DNA of 63,562 nucleotides, the filler included, from Candidatus Coatesbacteria bacterium (GTDB taxonomy: Bacteria; JAFGND01): NCBI GenBank assembly GCA_016927185.1. It is 5 parts of 5 records of this genome, joined end to end, with 100 filler letters (N's around TTAATTAATTAA, not from the genome) between each part and the next. Parts side by side here need not be neighbours in the genome. Positions count along the whole stretch, not along the records: positions 28,684 to 40,069 come from JAFGND010000096.1; 4 more parts are not named here. The stretch is one strand, 5' to 3'. Positions 29,199-38,706 of the stretch are shown one piece after another. The notes below the pieces were generated by a model. It was not told the origin of the DNA. It searched no databases and saw only the letters and a list, made by a program, of their open reading frames with translations. Positions within the stretch are counted from its first letter, which is position 1. Each line of letters starts with the position of its first letter. The position numbers were made by a program, and so were the translations under genes.

Positions 29199-30644
29199 AT
29201 GCGTATTTTGATAAAGATTTTGGTGGGATTTTCGCTACTTTATGGAGAACATTTCTGGTCTGCATATCATGGAAATAACAGGCGAGATGGACTTTCTTCC
29301 CTTCCAGGTCCTAGAAGTGTCAAGCTGCTTAAAACAATAGAATTTAAACCTGGTTATAATAGTTGTGGAGTTTTATCAGATGAAAATATATTGTATATAG
29401 CAGCAATGGATCATTACTTGTATGCAATAAAAGATGGAGAAATAATATGGAGGGAGCAGATTTTCCCAGATGATGATGGATTTGGTTTTGAATCAGCATT
29501 AGATCCTTCAGGAATGCTATATTTGCAGGAATTGTATGGAGGTTATTGGTGCAAGATATTAGCATATAACCCAAAAACAAAGACTAGGATCTGGGAAACA
29601 GACAGACTAGAATTTGGTTCATTACTTGTAGGAGATGACAATACAATATATTTCTGCCATGCAGATAAAGAAACATATCCTTATCTTATAGCTATTGATA
29701 GGAATACAGGAAAATATGACTATTTAACCAGATTTGATGATAAACCTACTAATATATATAGTATTTGTTATGGTAAAGACAGAGGAATATATTATTCTGA
29801 TGATGTTAATTGGGAATACTATGACAAAAAAGCAAACATAGGAGTTGTTTATAAAAATGGAGATGAACGGACAATAACAGGTGATTTCGGGGATCCAGCA
29901 ATATCAAAATTCAAGTATGGAGCAATAGAAGGAGCAATATATTCAGTAAACTCGGATAAATCTGGTTATAGTCTATTTTGTTTTGTTCCCGGACTATATA
30001 TAGTCTGGGTAACTCCATTGTATGATGATGGAGGCATTTATGGCTTCCCAGCAATATGTCCTGATGGAAGTGTTGTTGTATTCTCAACAAGTGGTTATTT
30101 GTATAAGATATCCCCAGCAGGTAAACATATCTGGAAAAGTGAAAATATATATCAAGGTCGTGAGTTATTCTTTGGTTATATGACAATAGATTCAGAGGGG
30201 AAGATATATTTACCTGTTTGGGATTGTGACAAAGAGAGCAAAGAAGGTTTATATTGCCTTAATTCAGATGGCAAGATACTCTTTTTTAATAATGAATTTA
30301 GGTATGGATATAATGTAATTATATGTCCTGACAGGAAACTATATCTTATAGGTGTTGGCGCCCAGACAATATATTATATTGGCGAGGATACAGGATTTGA
30401 AGAAAACAAGACATCTAAAATGTTACCTGAAAATACATCACTTTCCGCATATCCTAATCCATTCAGAGATAAACTTGTAATAGAAAGCAAAACTGAAGGA
30501 ATAGTATATAATATAACAGGGCAAAAACTGGAATCCTTCAGTAAAGGTAAGCATTCTATTGATACTAGCAAATGGAGAGAGGGAGTCTATATTGTGAAGG
30601 CTGGGAAGGAAACAAAGAGGGTTGTGAAGGTAAGGCAGATATAA
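29199..30644 (+). CDS. Secreted PQQ-like beta-propeller protein with T9SS-like CTD
   Basis: RBS AAGGAG before ATG 29199; signal peptide; W...HG..RRDG; PAI.PDG repeats; YPNPF...WREGVYIVK. Confidence 0.85.
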   Translation: MRILIKILVGFSLLYGEHFWSAYHGNNRRDGLSSLPGPRSVKLLKTIEFKPGYNSCGVLSDENILYIAAMDHYLYAIKDGEIIWREQIFPDDDGFGFESALDPSGMLYLQELYGGYWCKILAYNPKTKTRIWETDRLEFGSLLVGDDNTIYFCHADKETYPYLIAIDRNTGKYDYLTRFDDKPTNIYSICYGKDRGIYYSDDVNWEYYDKKANIGVVYKNGDERTITGDFGDPAISKFKYGAIEGAIYSVNSDKSGYSLFCFVPGLYIVWVTPLYDDGGIYGFPAICPDGSVVVFSTSGYLYKISPAGKHIWKSENIYQGRELFFGYMTIDSEGKIYLPVWDCDKESKEGLYCLNSDGKILFFNNEFRYGYNVIICPDRKLYLIGVGAQTIYYIGEDTGFEENKTSKMLPENTSLSAYPNPFRDKLVIESKTEGIVYNITGQKLESFSKGKHSIDTSKWREGVYIVKAGKETKRVVKVRQI

Positions 30645-30655
30645 AGGGAAAAGCA

Positions 30656-31372
30656 ATGAAAAAGAGTATTTTGTTAATAGTAATTTTTCTTCTAGCCTGC
30701 TGTCTTGATGCAGAAATTAAAGACAGTGAAAAAGATAATAAGGAAAAAGAAAAAAAGGAGTTTAATGATGGAAAAAATACTTTCCAATCCGTAATATACG
30801 ATGTAATAAAAAAGGCTGGTTTCAAATGCCGAACTCAAGTCCAGGTGCTATCTGAACCATATCCTACTTATGAAGAAGCTGAATTCATAAAAGGAAGATG
30901 CACTGGATTTGTCTTGTGTATAGCTAAAGTAGTATCTACCCAATATCTTCCAATGCCAGAATTGAAGGGAACAGGAAATCTGGATCTGGCAACACAGGAT
31001 TTGTTTGTGGAAGTAGAAATAAAGGAGCTGTTCTGGGGAAAAGAGCATTTGATGAAAACAATGGGAACTACAAAAAAGGCAGTTTTCAGATGTGAAAGCA
31101 ATCGAAGATATCAAAATCCTGATGGTGGTTATATTCCCAGAGTAAATGATGAGATATTGTTAAGTCTTGTAAGCTGGGAAAATGGTTACAATCCTGAATT
31201 TTATTCAATGGTATGTGACAAAATACTGCAGCATAAGACTGAAGGAAAAATCATTTGGCATCAGTATTTCAAAAGAAGCATGCCCCTGTCAAAAGCAGTC
31301 AAGATAATAAAGGATGTAAAAAAAATTGGAAATGAACTGAGGGAAAAAAAGGGATTGAAAGCAATAGAGTAA
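30656..31372 (+). CDS. Hypothetical exported protein
   Basis: MKKSILLIVIFLLACC signal or lipoprotein-like N-terminus; true start likely 30656. Confidence 0.65.
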   Translation: MKKSILLIVIFLLACCLDAEIKDSEKDNKEKEKKEFNDGKNTFQSVIYDVIKKAGFKCRTQVQVLSEPYPTYEEAEFIKGRCTGFVLCIAKVVSTQYLPMPELKGTGNLDLATQDLFVEVEIKELFWGKEHLMKTMGTTKKAVFRCESNRRYQNPDGGYIPRVNDEILLSLVSWENGYNPEFYSMVCDKILQHKTEGKIIWHQYFKRSMPLSKAVKIIKDVKKIGNELREKKGLKAIE

Positions 31373-31414
31373 TTATACTGTGAGTTTCAAGAAAAATATA
31401 AATATTATTCTGAG

Positions 31415-32542
31415 CTAATCTTGCCTGTCTTTTGAGCTGAATTCACTGCTCCAGTCAAGCCAGACAGGATCGTAACCTATTGATTTTATTTTACTTACAA
31501 CTTCCATTGGAGAGCGTCTGTCTTCTACATAGAACTGGGCAGATTTTATGTCAGGTGCAGAATATCCTCCTGGCTCTGTATGAGAACCTGCACTGATTCT
31601 CGTTATCCCCAGGGGGAGCAGATTGTCTCTCAGCTCAGCAGATTCCCTTGTAGAGATAACCAGACCTATCTCTGGAAAAACCAGCCTGAACGCAAGTATA
31701 AGTTGAGTGAGATTCCTGTCAGTTACTATATAAGGGATATTCAAGCCTCCAGGAATTTCCTTCAATCTCGGGAAACTTATGGAAAGGAATGACTGCCAGT
31801 AGTGCTTCAGAAGGTAAACTGCATGGCATGCAAGAAGATAGGCATCCAATCTGAAATCAGACAATCCGAGAAGTATGCCAATCCCTATATTTCTGATTCC
31901 TACTTTTGCAGAGCGTTCTATTGCATCAAGCCTGAACAGATAATCACTCTTTGGACCTGTTCCATGCATTTCAGAATAAACTTTTCTGTCATAAGTTTCC
32001 TGATACAAAGTTATCCCGTCAACTCCCGCTTCATGCAATGCTCTATATCCTTGGTAATCAAGAGGATATATCTCTATTGTTACCAGCGCAAAATACTTCT
32101 TCGCAAGTTTAACTGCTTCAACAAGATACGAAAGAGGTGCTTCATGTGGATGCTCTCCCGTGAGTAATAATATCTGCGTAAATCCTTTTTCTGCAATTAA
32201 TTGCATCTCTCTTTCTATTTCAGGCAATCCCAGCGTTTTTCTTGGAATATCATTGTCATGTCTGAAGCCACAATAAATGCATGAATTAAGGCAGTAGTTT
32301 GACAAATACAATGGTATATAAAGACTTATGGTCCTGCCAAAATGCTGAAGCGTAAGTCTCCTGGCTTTTTTTGCCATTTCCTCCAGAAAATTCTCTGCAG
32401 GTTTTGATGCCAGGTAAAGAAAGTCTGAAAAGGAAAAGGAATTCCTGTTAATGATTTCTTCTATATCATTGGATGTTATTGAATTAAGTTTGTCATTTAC
32501 AAAGTCAATATCTATTCTTGACAGAACATCATTGAAAGACAT
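31415..32542 (-). CDS. thiH: 2-iminoacetate synthase (radical SAM)
   Basis: PLYLSNYCLNSCIYCGF, LLTGE, YQETY, SISFPRL, STRE, SAGS.TEPGGY; adjacent to thiG. Confidence 0.95.
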   Translation of the reverse strand: MSFNDVLSRIDIDFVNDKLNSITSNDIEEIINRNSFSFSDFLYLASKPAENFLEEMAKKARRLTLQHFGRTISLYIPLYLSNYCLNSCIYCGFRHDNDIPRKTLGLPEIEREMQLIAEKGFTQILLLTGEHPHEAPLSYLVEAVKLAKKYFALVTIEIYPLDYQGYRALHEAGVDGITLYQETYDRKVYSEMHGTGPKSDYLFRLDAIERSAKVGIRNIGIGILLGLSDFRLDAYLLACHAVYLLKHYWQSFLSISFPRLKEIPGGLNIPYIVTDRNLTQLILAFRLVFPEIGLVISTRESAELRDNLLPLGITRISAGSHTEPGGYSAPDIKSAQFYVEDRRSPMEVVSKIKSIGYDPVWLDWSSEFSSKDRQD

Positions 32543-32543
32543 G

Positions 32544-33317
32544 TTATTCCAGGAAGCCAGTCAATGGACTTGATGCTCTTGCAGTCTTGCTTTCACTTCC
32601 AAGCCCTGACAGGAAAGCCAGTCTTCCTGCTTTCACTCCCTTTTTGAATGCTTTTGCCATATTTACTGGATCATTTGCTATTGCTATTGCAGTATTTACC
32701 AGAACTGCATCTGCTCCCATTTCCATAGCTTCTGCTGCATGAGAAGGGGCTCCCAGACCTGCGTCAACAACAACAGGAACAATTGCCTGCTCTATGATTA
32801 TCTCTATTGAATCTCTTGTTCTTATGCCTTTGTTGGAGCCAATGGGTGAGCCAAGTGGCATCACTGTAGCGGTTCCCAATTCCTGCAGTCTTTTTGCCAG
32901 GATGGGATCAGCATTTATGTATGGAAGAACGATAAATCCTTCCTTTATAAGGATTTCTGCAGCCTTCAATGTTTCTGTTGCGTCAGGCAAAAGATATCTC
33001 GGGTCAGGAGTGACTTCGAGCTTTATCCAGTTCGGGAGTCCAGAGGCTCTTGCCAGTCTTGCAAGTCTTATTGCCTCGTCAGCATCATGAGCACCTGAAG
33101 TGTTTGGCAGCAGAAGATATTTCTCCCTGTCTATATGGTTAAGCAGGCTGTCTTGCGGATTGGATATATCAACTCTTCTCAATGCAACAGTGACAATTTC
33201 AGCTCCACTTGCTTCAATTGCCCTTGCCATCAAGTCATGAGATGAGAATTTTCCAGTTCCTGCAAGAAGACGTGAACTGAATTCCTTTCCGGCAATTACC
33301 AAAGAATCCTTGTTCAT
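32544..33317 (-). CDS. thiG: Thiazole synthase
   Basis: [52 protein letters not shown]; start at ATG 33317. Confidence 0.97.
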   Translation of the reverse strand: MNKDSLVIAGKEFSSRLLAGTGKFSSHDLMARAIEASGAEIVTVALRRVDISNPQDSLLNHIDREKYLLLPNTSGAHDADEAIRLARLARASGLPNWIKLEVTPDPRYLLPDATETLKAAEILIKEGFIVLPYINADPILAKRLQELGTATVMPLGSPIGSNKGIRTRDSIEIIIEQAIVPVVVDAGLGAPSHAAEAMEMGADAVLVNTAIAIANDPVNMAKAFKKGVKAGRLAFLSGLGSESKTARASSPLTGFLE

Positions 33318-33330
33318 AGCGATACAAAGG

Positions 33331-33549
33331 TTATTGATCTTCTTTTTTCTTGTCGCTTCTATATTTCCTGTTGAACTTGTCAACTCTTCCAGCGCTGTCA
33401 ACAAGCTTCTGCTTGCCAGTAAAGAATGGATGGCATGCACTGCAGATTTCAACAGAAAAGCTGCCTTTTGTTGAACGGGTCTTGATTACATTCCCGCAAA
33501 CACAAGTGACACTTGCTTCTTTATATTCTGGATGTATCTTGTCTTTCAT
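33331..33549 (-). CDS. rpmE: 50S ribosomal protein L31 (Zn-binding type)
   Basis: MKDKIHPEY...CVCG...[34 protein letters not shown]. Confidence 0.97.
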   Translation of the reverse strand: MKDKIHPEYKEASVTCVCGNVIKTRSTKGSFSVEICSACHPFFTGKQKLVDSAGRVDKFNRKYRSDKKKEDQ

Positions 33550-33685
33550 TTCTCCTCCGTTGCTTCCTGACCAGACAGCTGATTTCGCGCTTTTTATGTC
33601 AAGTAATATGAGACAAAATTTTAATCCAGCCCCAAAGATATTATCTGGAAGAAGCACCTCAACACCTTGCTCCCTCTTTGCATGC

Positions 33686-33743
33686 ACCTCACCCCCTGCC
33701 CCTCTCCTTGTAGGAGAGGGGAGTCTGAAAGACGGGGTGAGGT
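33686..33743. repeat. GC-rich REP-like palindromic element (three-way junction)
   Basis: ACCTCACCCC/GGGGTGAGGT outer stem enclosing CCCCTCTCCT-tgt-AGGAGAGGGG and GTCT-gaa-AGAC. Confidence 0.7.
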
Positions 33744-33794
33744 TAAAAATTGAGCTATTCTATCAAGAAAAGCCTTTTCTTATAGATGTTAAGG

Positions 33795-35144
33795 TTACTT
33801 TACCTTTACAATTCTCTTGCTTTCCATCCCACTCTTCACTATATAAACTCCCTGTTTCCATTTGCTTGTATCAAGTTCATGCTTTCCCTTATCCATTTTC
33901 ATAATCAATTGACCTGTAAGGGAATAGATTGCCCCTGAAGATGGAAGGGAGAGAGACAAACGATTGGAGAAGGGGTTGGGAGAGATGGAGAGGGAGGGGG
34001 AGGGAAGGGATTTAGCAGAAACATAAGAAGAGAATCCAGATCTTCCTTGCTTATCAACTTTTAAAAGATAAAGATCTGTTATTGTTTCTGTACATTCCCC
34101 TTGAGATTTATCCCCTCCTAAAATATATCCATCTGAAATAAAGTCAATACAAAATGGACTTTCTTTTGTATTTGAATCACCAAATTCTTTTTCCCAAAGA
34201 ACCTCTCCATTCAAGTCAACACATAGAATATAAAGGTTTGAAGGATTACTGGATTTCCAAATGGATCCTCCAATTATTATATTTCCATCGTCAGCTTGAG
34301 TTACTACTTTTCCTTCACCTTCTTCCTTGTAAAACTTTTCCCATAATTTATCTCCACTTACATCAAGTTTCAATACCCAAAAAGAATTATCACTATTCCC
34401 TGTTGCAACATAACTGCTATCTTTTAATTGGCAGATATCATAACATCTATCCCAGATATTTCCTCCATATCTTTTATCGAATATCTTTTCTCCATTTATA
34501 TCCACCTTTATGATGTTTGTATCCCAATTGTTTGATCCATAATCTGTTGCTCCTGATATAATAAAACAGTTGTCATTAGTTCTTTTCGTGGAATGATTGA
34601 TATTACTATGTTCATCGCCATAAGTCTTTTCCCAAATGAGATTACCAATTGAATCAATTCTAGCTAAATAAATATCATATTCTCCTGCTCCAATAGAACT
34701 GGTACATCCAGCAATTATATATTCATTTTCCATCGGGAAAATATTTACCCCTAATTCACCTTTGTCTTTATACAAAGTCTTATCCCAGATTTTTTCTGCA
34801 TTATTATCTAGTTTCAGGATATATATGTCATAATATGCTCCATTACTAGTATGTCCTATAATGATATATCCATCTGATGTCCTTTTTAGGTTGATACCTC
34901 TATAATTATATCCATTATAATCAAATTTCTTTTCCCATTCCATATATCCATATTTATCTGTTTTTACTAACCAGATTTTCCCAGGTGTCTCATTTGTCCA
35001 AATATTACCTAAAACAATATAACCACTATCTTCTGTTTGAGTTAAGCAAGTTGCATACTCATTAAATTCGGTTGTTCCGTAAGTTCTTTCCCAGGCAAAT
35101 AAAAGACCCGGAAGGAGAAATCCAAATAGAATTAAAGCTTTCAT
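33795..35144 (-). CDS. Secreted beta-propeller protein (W.KTYG repeats) with T9SS-like CTD
   Basis: RBS AGGAGG before ATG 35144; repeats T.DGYII.G...D.Y..K.D..G..IW.KTYG; SPNPF...WKQGVYIVK. Confidence 0.88.
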   Translation of the reverse strand: MKALILFGFLLPGLLFAWERTYGTTEFNEYATCLTQTEDSGYIVLGNIWTNETPGKIWLVKTDKYGYMEWEKKFDYNGYNYRGINLKRTSDGYIIIGHTSNGAYYDIYILKLDNNAEKIWDKTLYKDKGELGVNIFPMENEYIIAGCTSSIGAGEYDIYLARIDSIGNLIWEKTYGDEHSNINHSTKRTNDNCFIISGATDYGSNNWDTNIIKVDINGEKIFDKRYGGNIWDRCYDICQLKDSSYVATGNSDNSFWVLKLDVSGDKLWEKFYKEEGEGKVVTQADDGNIIIGGSIWKSSNPSNLYILCVDLNGEVLWEKEFGDSNTKESPFCIDFISDGYILGGDKSQGECTETITDLYLLKVDKQGRSGFSSYVSAKSLPSPSLSISPNPFSNRLSLSLPSSGAIYSLTGQLIMKMDKGKHELDTSKWKQGVYIVKSGMESKRIVKVK

Positions 35145-35163
35145 TTTAACCTCCTTTAAATTT

Positions 35164-35388
35164 TTAATGATTTTCTGCAAAAGTATTGGCAAGATTAGTA
35201 CCTAACCAAAAGGTTTGCTTGATGTTACATCCGTTAGATAATCCAGTTTCATAACATTTTTTTGTACAAGGAGAATAGGAACAAGTACAACCATCACAGT
35301 TAGTATACAAAGTCTCCTCATCTGCAAAATTAGTTTTTTGTATTCCTGATTTGTCACAGCAACCTTCATTTCTTTTTTCTTTATCCAT
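35164..35388 (-). CDS. Cys-rich small peptide (8 Cys), candidate RiPP precursor 2
   Basis: RBS AGGAGG; 74 aa; directly downstream of the rSAM/SPASM gene. Confidence 0.65.
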   Translation of the reverse strand: MDKEKRNEGCCDKSGIQKTNFADEETLYTNCDGCTCSYSPCTKKCYETGLSNGCNIKQTFWLGTNLANTFAENH

Positions 35389-35397
35389 TTTACCTCC

Positions 35398-36832
35398 TTA
35401 TATAAAAGTAAACTGTTTGAAAAAATCCGAATCACTTTCCATTATTTCACAAAACAAACTTAGATTAGATTCAATAATCTCTAACAAATAAGGACAAGAT
35501 TCTAAATGATAATTCTTATTAATAGTTTTTTCTTTTTCCAAAGAAGACAAACATGTTTGACATATTCTTTTAGCCCAACAGCTTTCGCAGAAAGAAAGAA
35601 AATCTTGAATTTGTAATTGAAGTTTGTTAACCATATCTAAATTAATTCCTGTTTCAACTGATCCTATTTTAAATGCTTCGTTTACACGTTCACATGTATA
35701 ATAATCTCCATTAGATGTTACAAAAACTCTATCATTTCCTGGGATACACCCTAGTAAACCAGGCTTATAGTTATCTGAAATATCCCTTAAATCTCTTTTA
35801 TAAATAGGAAGAAGTGAATCTAAAATCCAAGATTTAAAAAAAGAAAGTTCATTACTACTCAGTTCTTTGTTATCAATTTTATCTAGTAAATAGACTTTCA
35901 ATTCTTCTATATCCCTATTTAGAACATCAAAATTTAAATCCCAATACTTCTCTGGATTGATATTCTTTAAAGAAACAGTTGTGATTACCCATGAAATATA
36001 ATCAAATGAAAAATGTTTTAAGAATTCAGTACTAGCCCAATTGAATATTTCTTTTAATACAAAAGGGGGAGCAAGAGTAATCACAATACTTCCATTTATT
36101 CTCAGATATGAAGGATATTTTCTATCTAATGACAAAAGGTTATTAAAAATTATTTCATAAGTAGATTGTCCATCTTTACTTGTGCGATATCTATCATGAA
36201 TTTCCTTAGGTCCATCTATACTTACCTGTATTAAATTTATAATTAACCAACCAATCAATAATTTCCTCTGTAAGTAAAGCTCCATTTGTAGAAATTGAAA
36301 AGTAGCATTCTATGCCTTTATCTTCTAGATAAGTAATAATTTGTTTTATCAATTCAAATTCTAATAATGGTTCTCCACCATAAAAAGTAATAGCTCTAAC
36401 TTTTGCATCAACAGAATGTTCAAGAAAATCTTCAATAGCTTTAATTGCAATATCAAACGTCATTGAAACACCTCGATGAACTCTATGAGTAGAGTATTTA
36501 CCTGAATATGTACAATAATAGCATCTATTATTACAATCTTGAGAGATTTCTAGTATCAACCTTTGTCTTTTATTAAGAAGCTTTTCTTTCGTATCACTAG
36601 GAATAATAAAAGGGAAGGATTCTTCTTTAAGTACATCGTTTTCTGTTATTCCAGAAGTAAATCTTTCTATAACCTTATTATTGATAGATGGATTAGGAAT
36701 CTTAGTTTCCCACATTTGAACCAAATCTTCCCATTTCTCATAAATTTCTTTATCAATCTGATATATTTCATTAGAACAAGTAACATACAGTTAATGATGT
36801 TTCCTAGTTTTGAATTTCTTGAAAAGTATCAT
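35398..36832 (-). pseudogene. Radical SAM/SPASM peptide maturase (CcpM-like), interrupted by an in-frame TAA and a frameshift
   Basis: ATG 36832 MILFKKFKTRKHH*LYV (TAA 36791-36793); CNNRCYYC, FYGGEPLL, STNG; frameshift near 36228-36231 before QVSIDGP; SPASM CIPG..RVFV...G.YYTCERV, CESCWAKRICQTC. Confidence 0.85.
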
Positions 36833-36833
36833 T

Positions 36834-37034
36834 TTATCCTCTTGTTTTACCAACTCCACCTGTAGAACCACAATAGGATGTTATAAAACCTTGACATATA
36901 GCAGCTTCCCAAGCACAATTGGCACAATAATTGTCCTGAATAGAGCATCCTCCAGGACCACAATAATCAAGTGGTCGAGAGCATGGTCCTCCATCTTTTT
37001 CTTGTTTAATTCCACCAAAATCCATTTTTTCCAT
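36834..37034 (-). CDS. Cys-rich small peptide (7 Cys), candidate RiPP precursor 1
   Basis: RBS AGGAG; charged leader ending DGG, then Cys/Gly/Tyr-rich core; stop 1 nt before rSAM ATG. Confidence 0.7.
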   Translation of the reverse strand: MEKMDFGGIKQEKDGGPCSRPLDYCGPGGCSIQDNYCANCAWEAAICQGFITSYCGSTGGVGKTRG

Positions 37035-37218
37035 ATTCTTACTCCTACAATAATGTTTAATAAGGCTTTATAGTTTTTCTGCTTTTCATATATAATATAA
37101 AGCCCAATAATTTTCTTTCAAATATTTGTCAAGAAATTTCTGAAATTTATTTTTCTGGCACAAAACCTGAATTGAGATATGCTATATATATAGATATGTT
37201 AATTTTCAAGGAGGAGCA

Positions 37219-37578
37219 ATGAAAACAATATCAGAAATCACTTTAGACAAGACCCTATCACCAAAAGAAAAAGCAAAGCAGATTCAAAAGATCAAGAATG
37301 CAGAAGAAGCACAGACTGTAGCAGATAATATTCCAACAGAACTGAAGCCTTTCTTTACAGAGGAACGCAAGAAGGGAAGAGAAGAAGCAAATGACAATAT
37401 AGGAAAGATTGTTGATGAGGAAGAACGTGAAGAAGCAGGTGATATAATTGAGATATTTTCTGATTATGTTACAATAAATGGAGTTGATATAAACATCCCG
37501 AATGTCCAGTCACTGGTTATAATCCAGCGCATGTATGGATCCAAAGGATCAGGAAATCAAGATAAAGATTACCAATGA
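37219..37578 (+). CDS. Hypothetical protein
   Basis: 119 aa, RBS AGGAGG, followed by a terminator. Confidence 0.65.
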   Translation: MKTISEITLDKTLSPKEKAKQIQKIKNAEEAQTVADNIPTELKPFFTEERKKGREEANDNIGKIVDEEEREEAGDIIEIFSDYVTINGVDINIPNVQSLVIIQRMYGSKGSGNQDKDYQ

Positions 37579-37622
37579 GATTGATGGAGATGTCTGTTTC
37601 TATTATAAGATGTGAGAATAAT

Positions 37623-37650
37623 AAAAGCACAGGAGAAATCCTGTGCTTTT
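37623..37650. terminator. Bidirectional intrinsic terminator
   Basis: AAAAGCACAGGA-gaaa-TCCTGTGCTTTT between convergent genes. Confidence 0.85.
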
Positions 37651-37654
37651 CAAT

Positions 37655-38695
37655 TTAGTTAATCTTCACTATCCTCTTGGTTTCCTTCCCGCTCTTCACA
37701 ATATAAACTCCCTCTCTCCACTTACTGGTGTCAATAGAATACTTGCCTTTAGCAAGGTTTATGATTAATTGACCAGTAAGGGAATAGATAGCTCCTGAAG
37801 AAGGCAAGAAAACTGACAAGCGGGTTGAGAAGGGGTTGGGAGAGATGGAGAGGGAGGGGGTGGGAAGGGAGGAAGAGGAAGATTTGTCCTTGAAACCTTC
37901 TCCTTCAAAAGGTTCTATAGCTATTATTTTGTTACAGTTTTGCATGATATCAAAATAATTAGCTATATAGCACCTTCCATATCCTGGATAATCTGAGACA
38001 TATCTTAATTCATAGAAATAATAAGATGCCCAGGTTAATGGTACATGATGAATTCTTGCTAATGTAACTGGATCAAGTGCAAATAAATCCAATCCCTTGA
38101 AAGTAGATCCATCTCGCTGGTAGACTGCTACAATAAGATAATTAGTATCAATATCATAGCAAATTCCACAGAATGATGAGTTTTCATATAAAGTGATAAT
38201 ATCACTCATCTGGCTATCTTTGAAATCATAATTAGGTAAAGAATACCTCATAATGACTTTACCTCTGAATTGACAAACACGTAGATAAACGGAATCTTCA
38301 GCAAGGGTTTGAATATAATCTAACTTGGCAGGAGGTAAAACTGTTTCAAATGCTTTTTTTATGTTGAAATCACTTAAATTAAGAATAAAAACTTCATTAG
38401 ATTCTCCTCCAGATATAGCTATGTCATTTAAGGGTTTATAGCAGGCTATAGAACGAATTTCAGAATCTTGTGTAAAAAGCCAACTATCTTCAGCACTCCA
38501 ACTATAAAAATCAAATCTATAGATAAAACTAGTATTCAATTCCCCTAAATAAGCATCTGAATCTTCCAAGATAAAACCCAAACCACGAATTCTTGAATTT
38601 TTATCGAACTCATGAACTGTTCCTAAAAAATCCCCAGGAGCTGAGTAAAGAGAAGACAGCAATCCCAGCAAAATTAAAATTGTAATGCATTTCAT
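37655..38695 (-). CDS. Secreted protein (probable small beta-propeller) with T9SS-like CTD
   Basis: Signal peptide, SAPGDF; beta-rich passenger; SLPTPSLSISPNPF...WREGVYIVKSGKETKRIVKIN. Confidence 0.82.
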   Translation of the reverse strand: MKCITILILLGLLSSLYSAPGDFLGTVHEFDKNSRIRGLGFILEDSDAYLGELNTSFIYRFDFYSWSAEDSWLFTQDSEIRSIACYKPLNDIAISGGESNEVFILNLSDFNIKKAFETVLPPAKLDYIQTLAEDSVYLRVCQFRGKVIMRYSLPNYDFKDSQMSDIITLYENSSFCGICYDIDTNYLIVAVYQRDGSTFKGLDLFALDPVTLARIHHVPLTWASYYFYELRYVSDYPGYGRCYIANYFDIMQNCNKIIAIEPFEGEGFKDKSSSSSLPTPSLSISPNPFSTRLSVFLPSSGAIYSLTGQLIINLAKGKYSIDTSKWREGVYIVKSGKETKRIVKIN

Positions 38696-38706
38696 TTTTA
38701 ACCTCC

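Noticed and set aside
33318-33904. Long N-terminal extensions of thiG and rpmE and the 184-aa plus-strand ORF
   Set aside because: The extensions overlap rpmE or the palindrome; family-typical starts are at 33317 and 33549; the plus ORF is an antisense shadow.
36791-36793. In-frame stop as selenocysteine, pyrrolysine or an alternative genetic code
   Set aside because: The codon is TAA, which terminates many genes here, and the same gene also has a frameshift.
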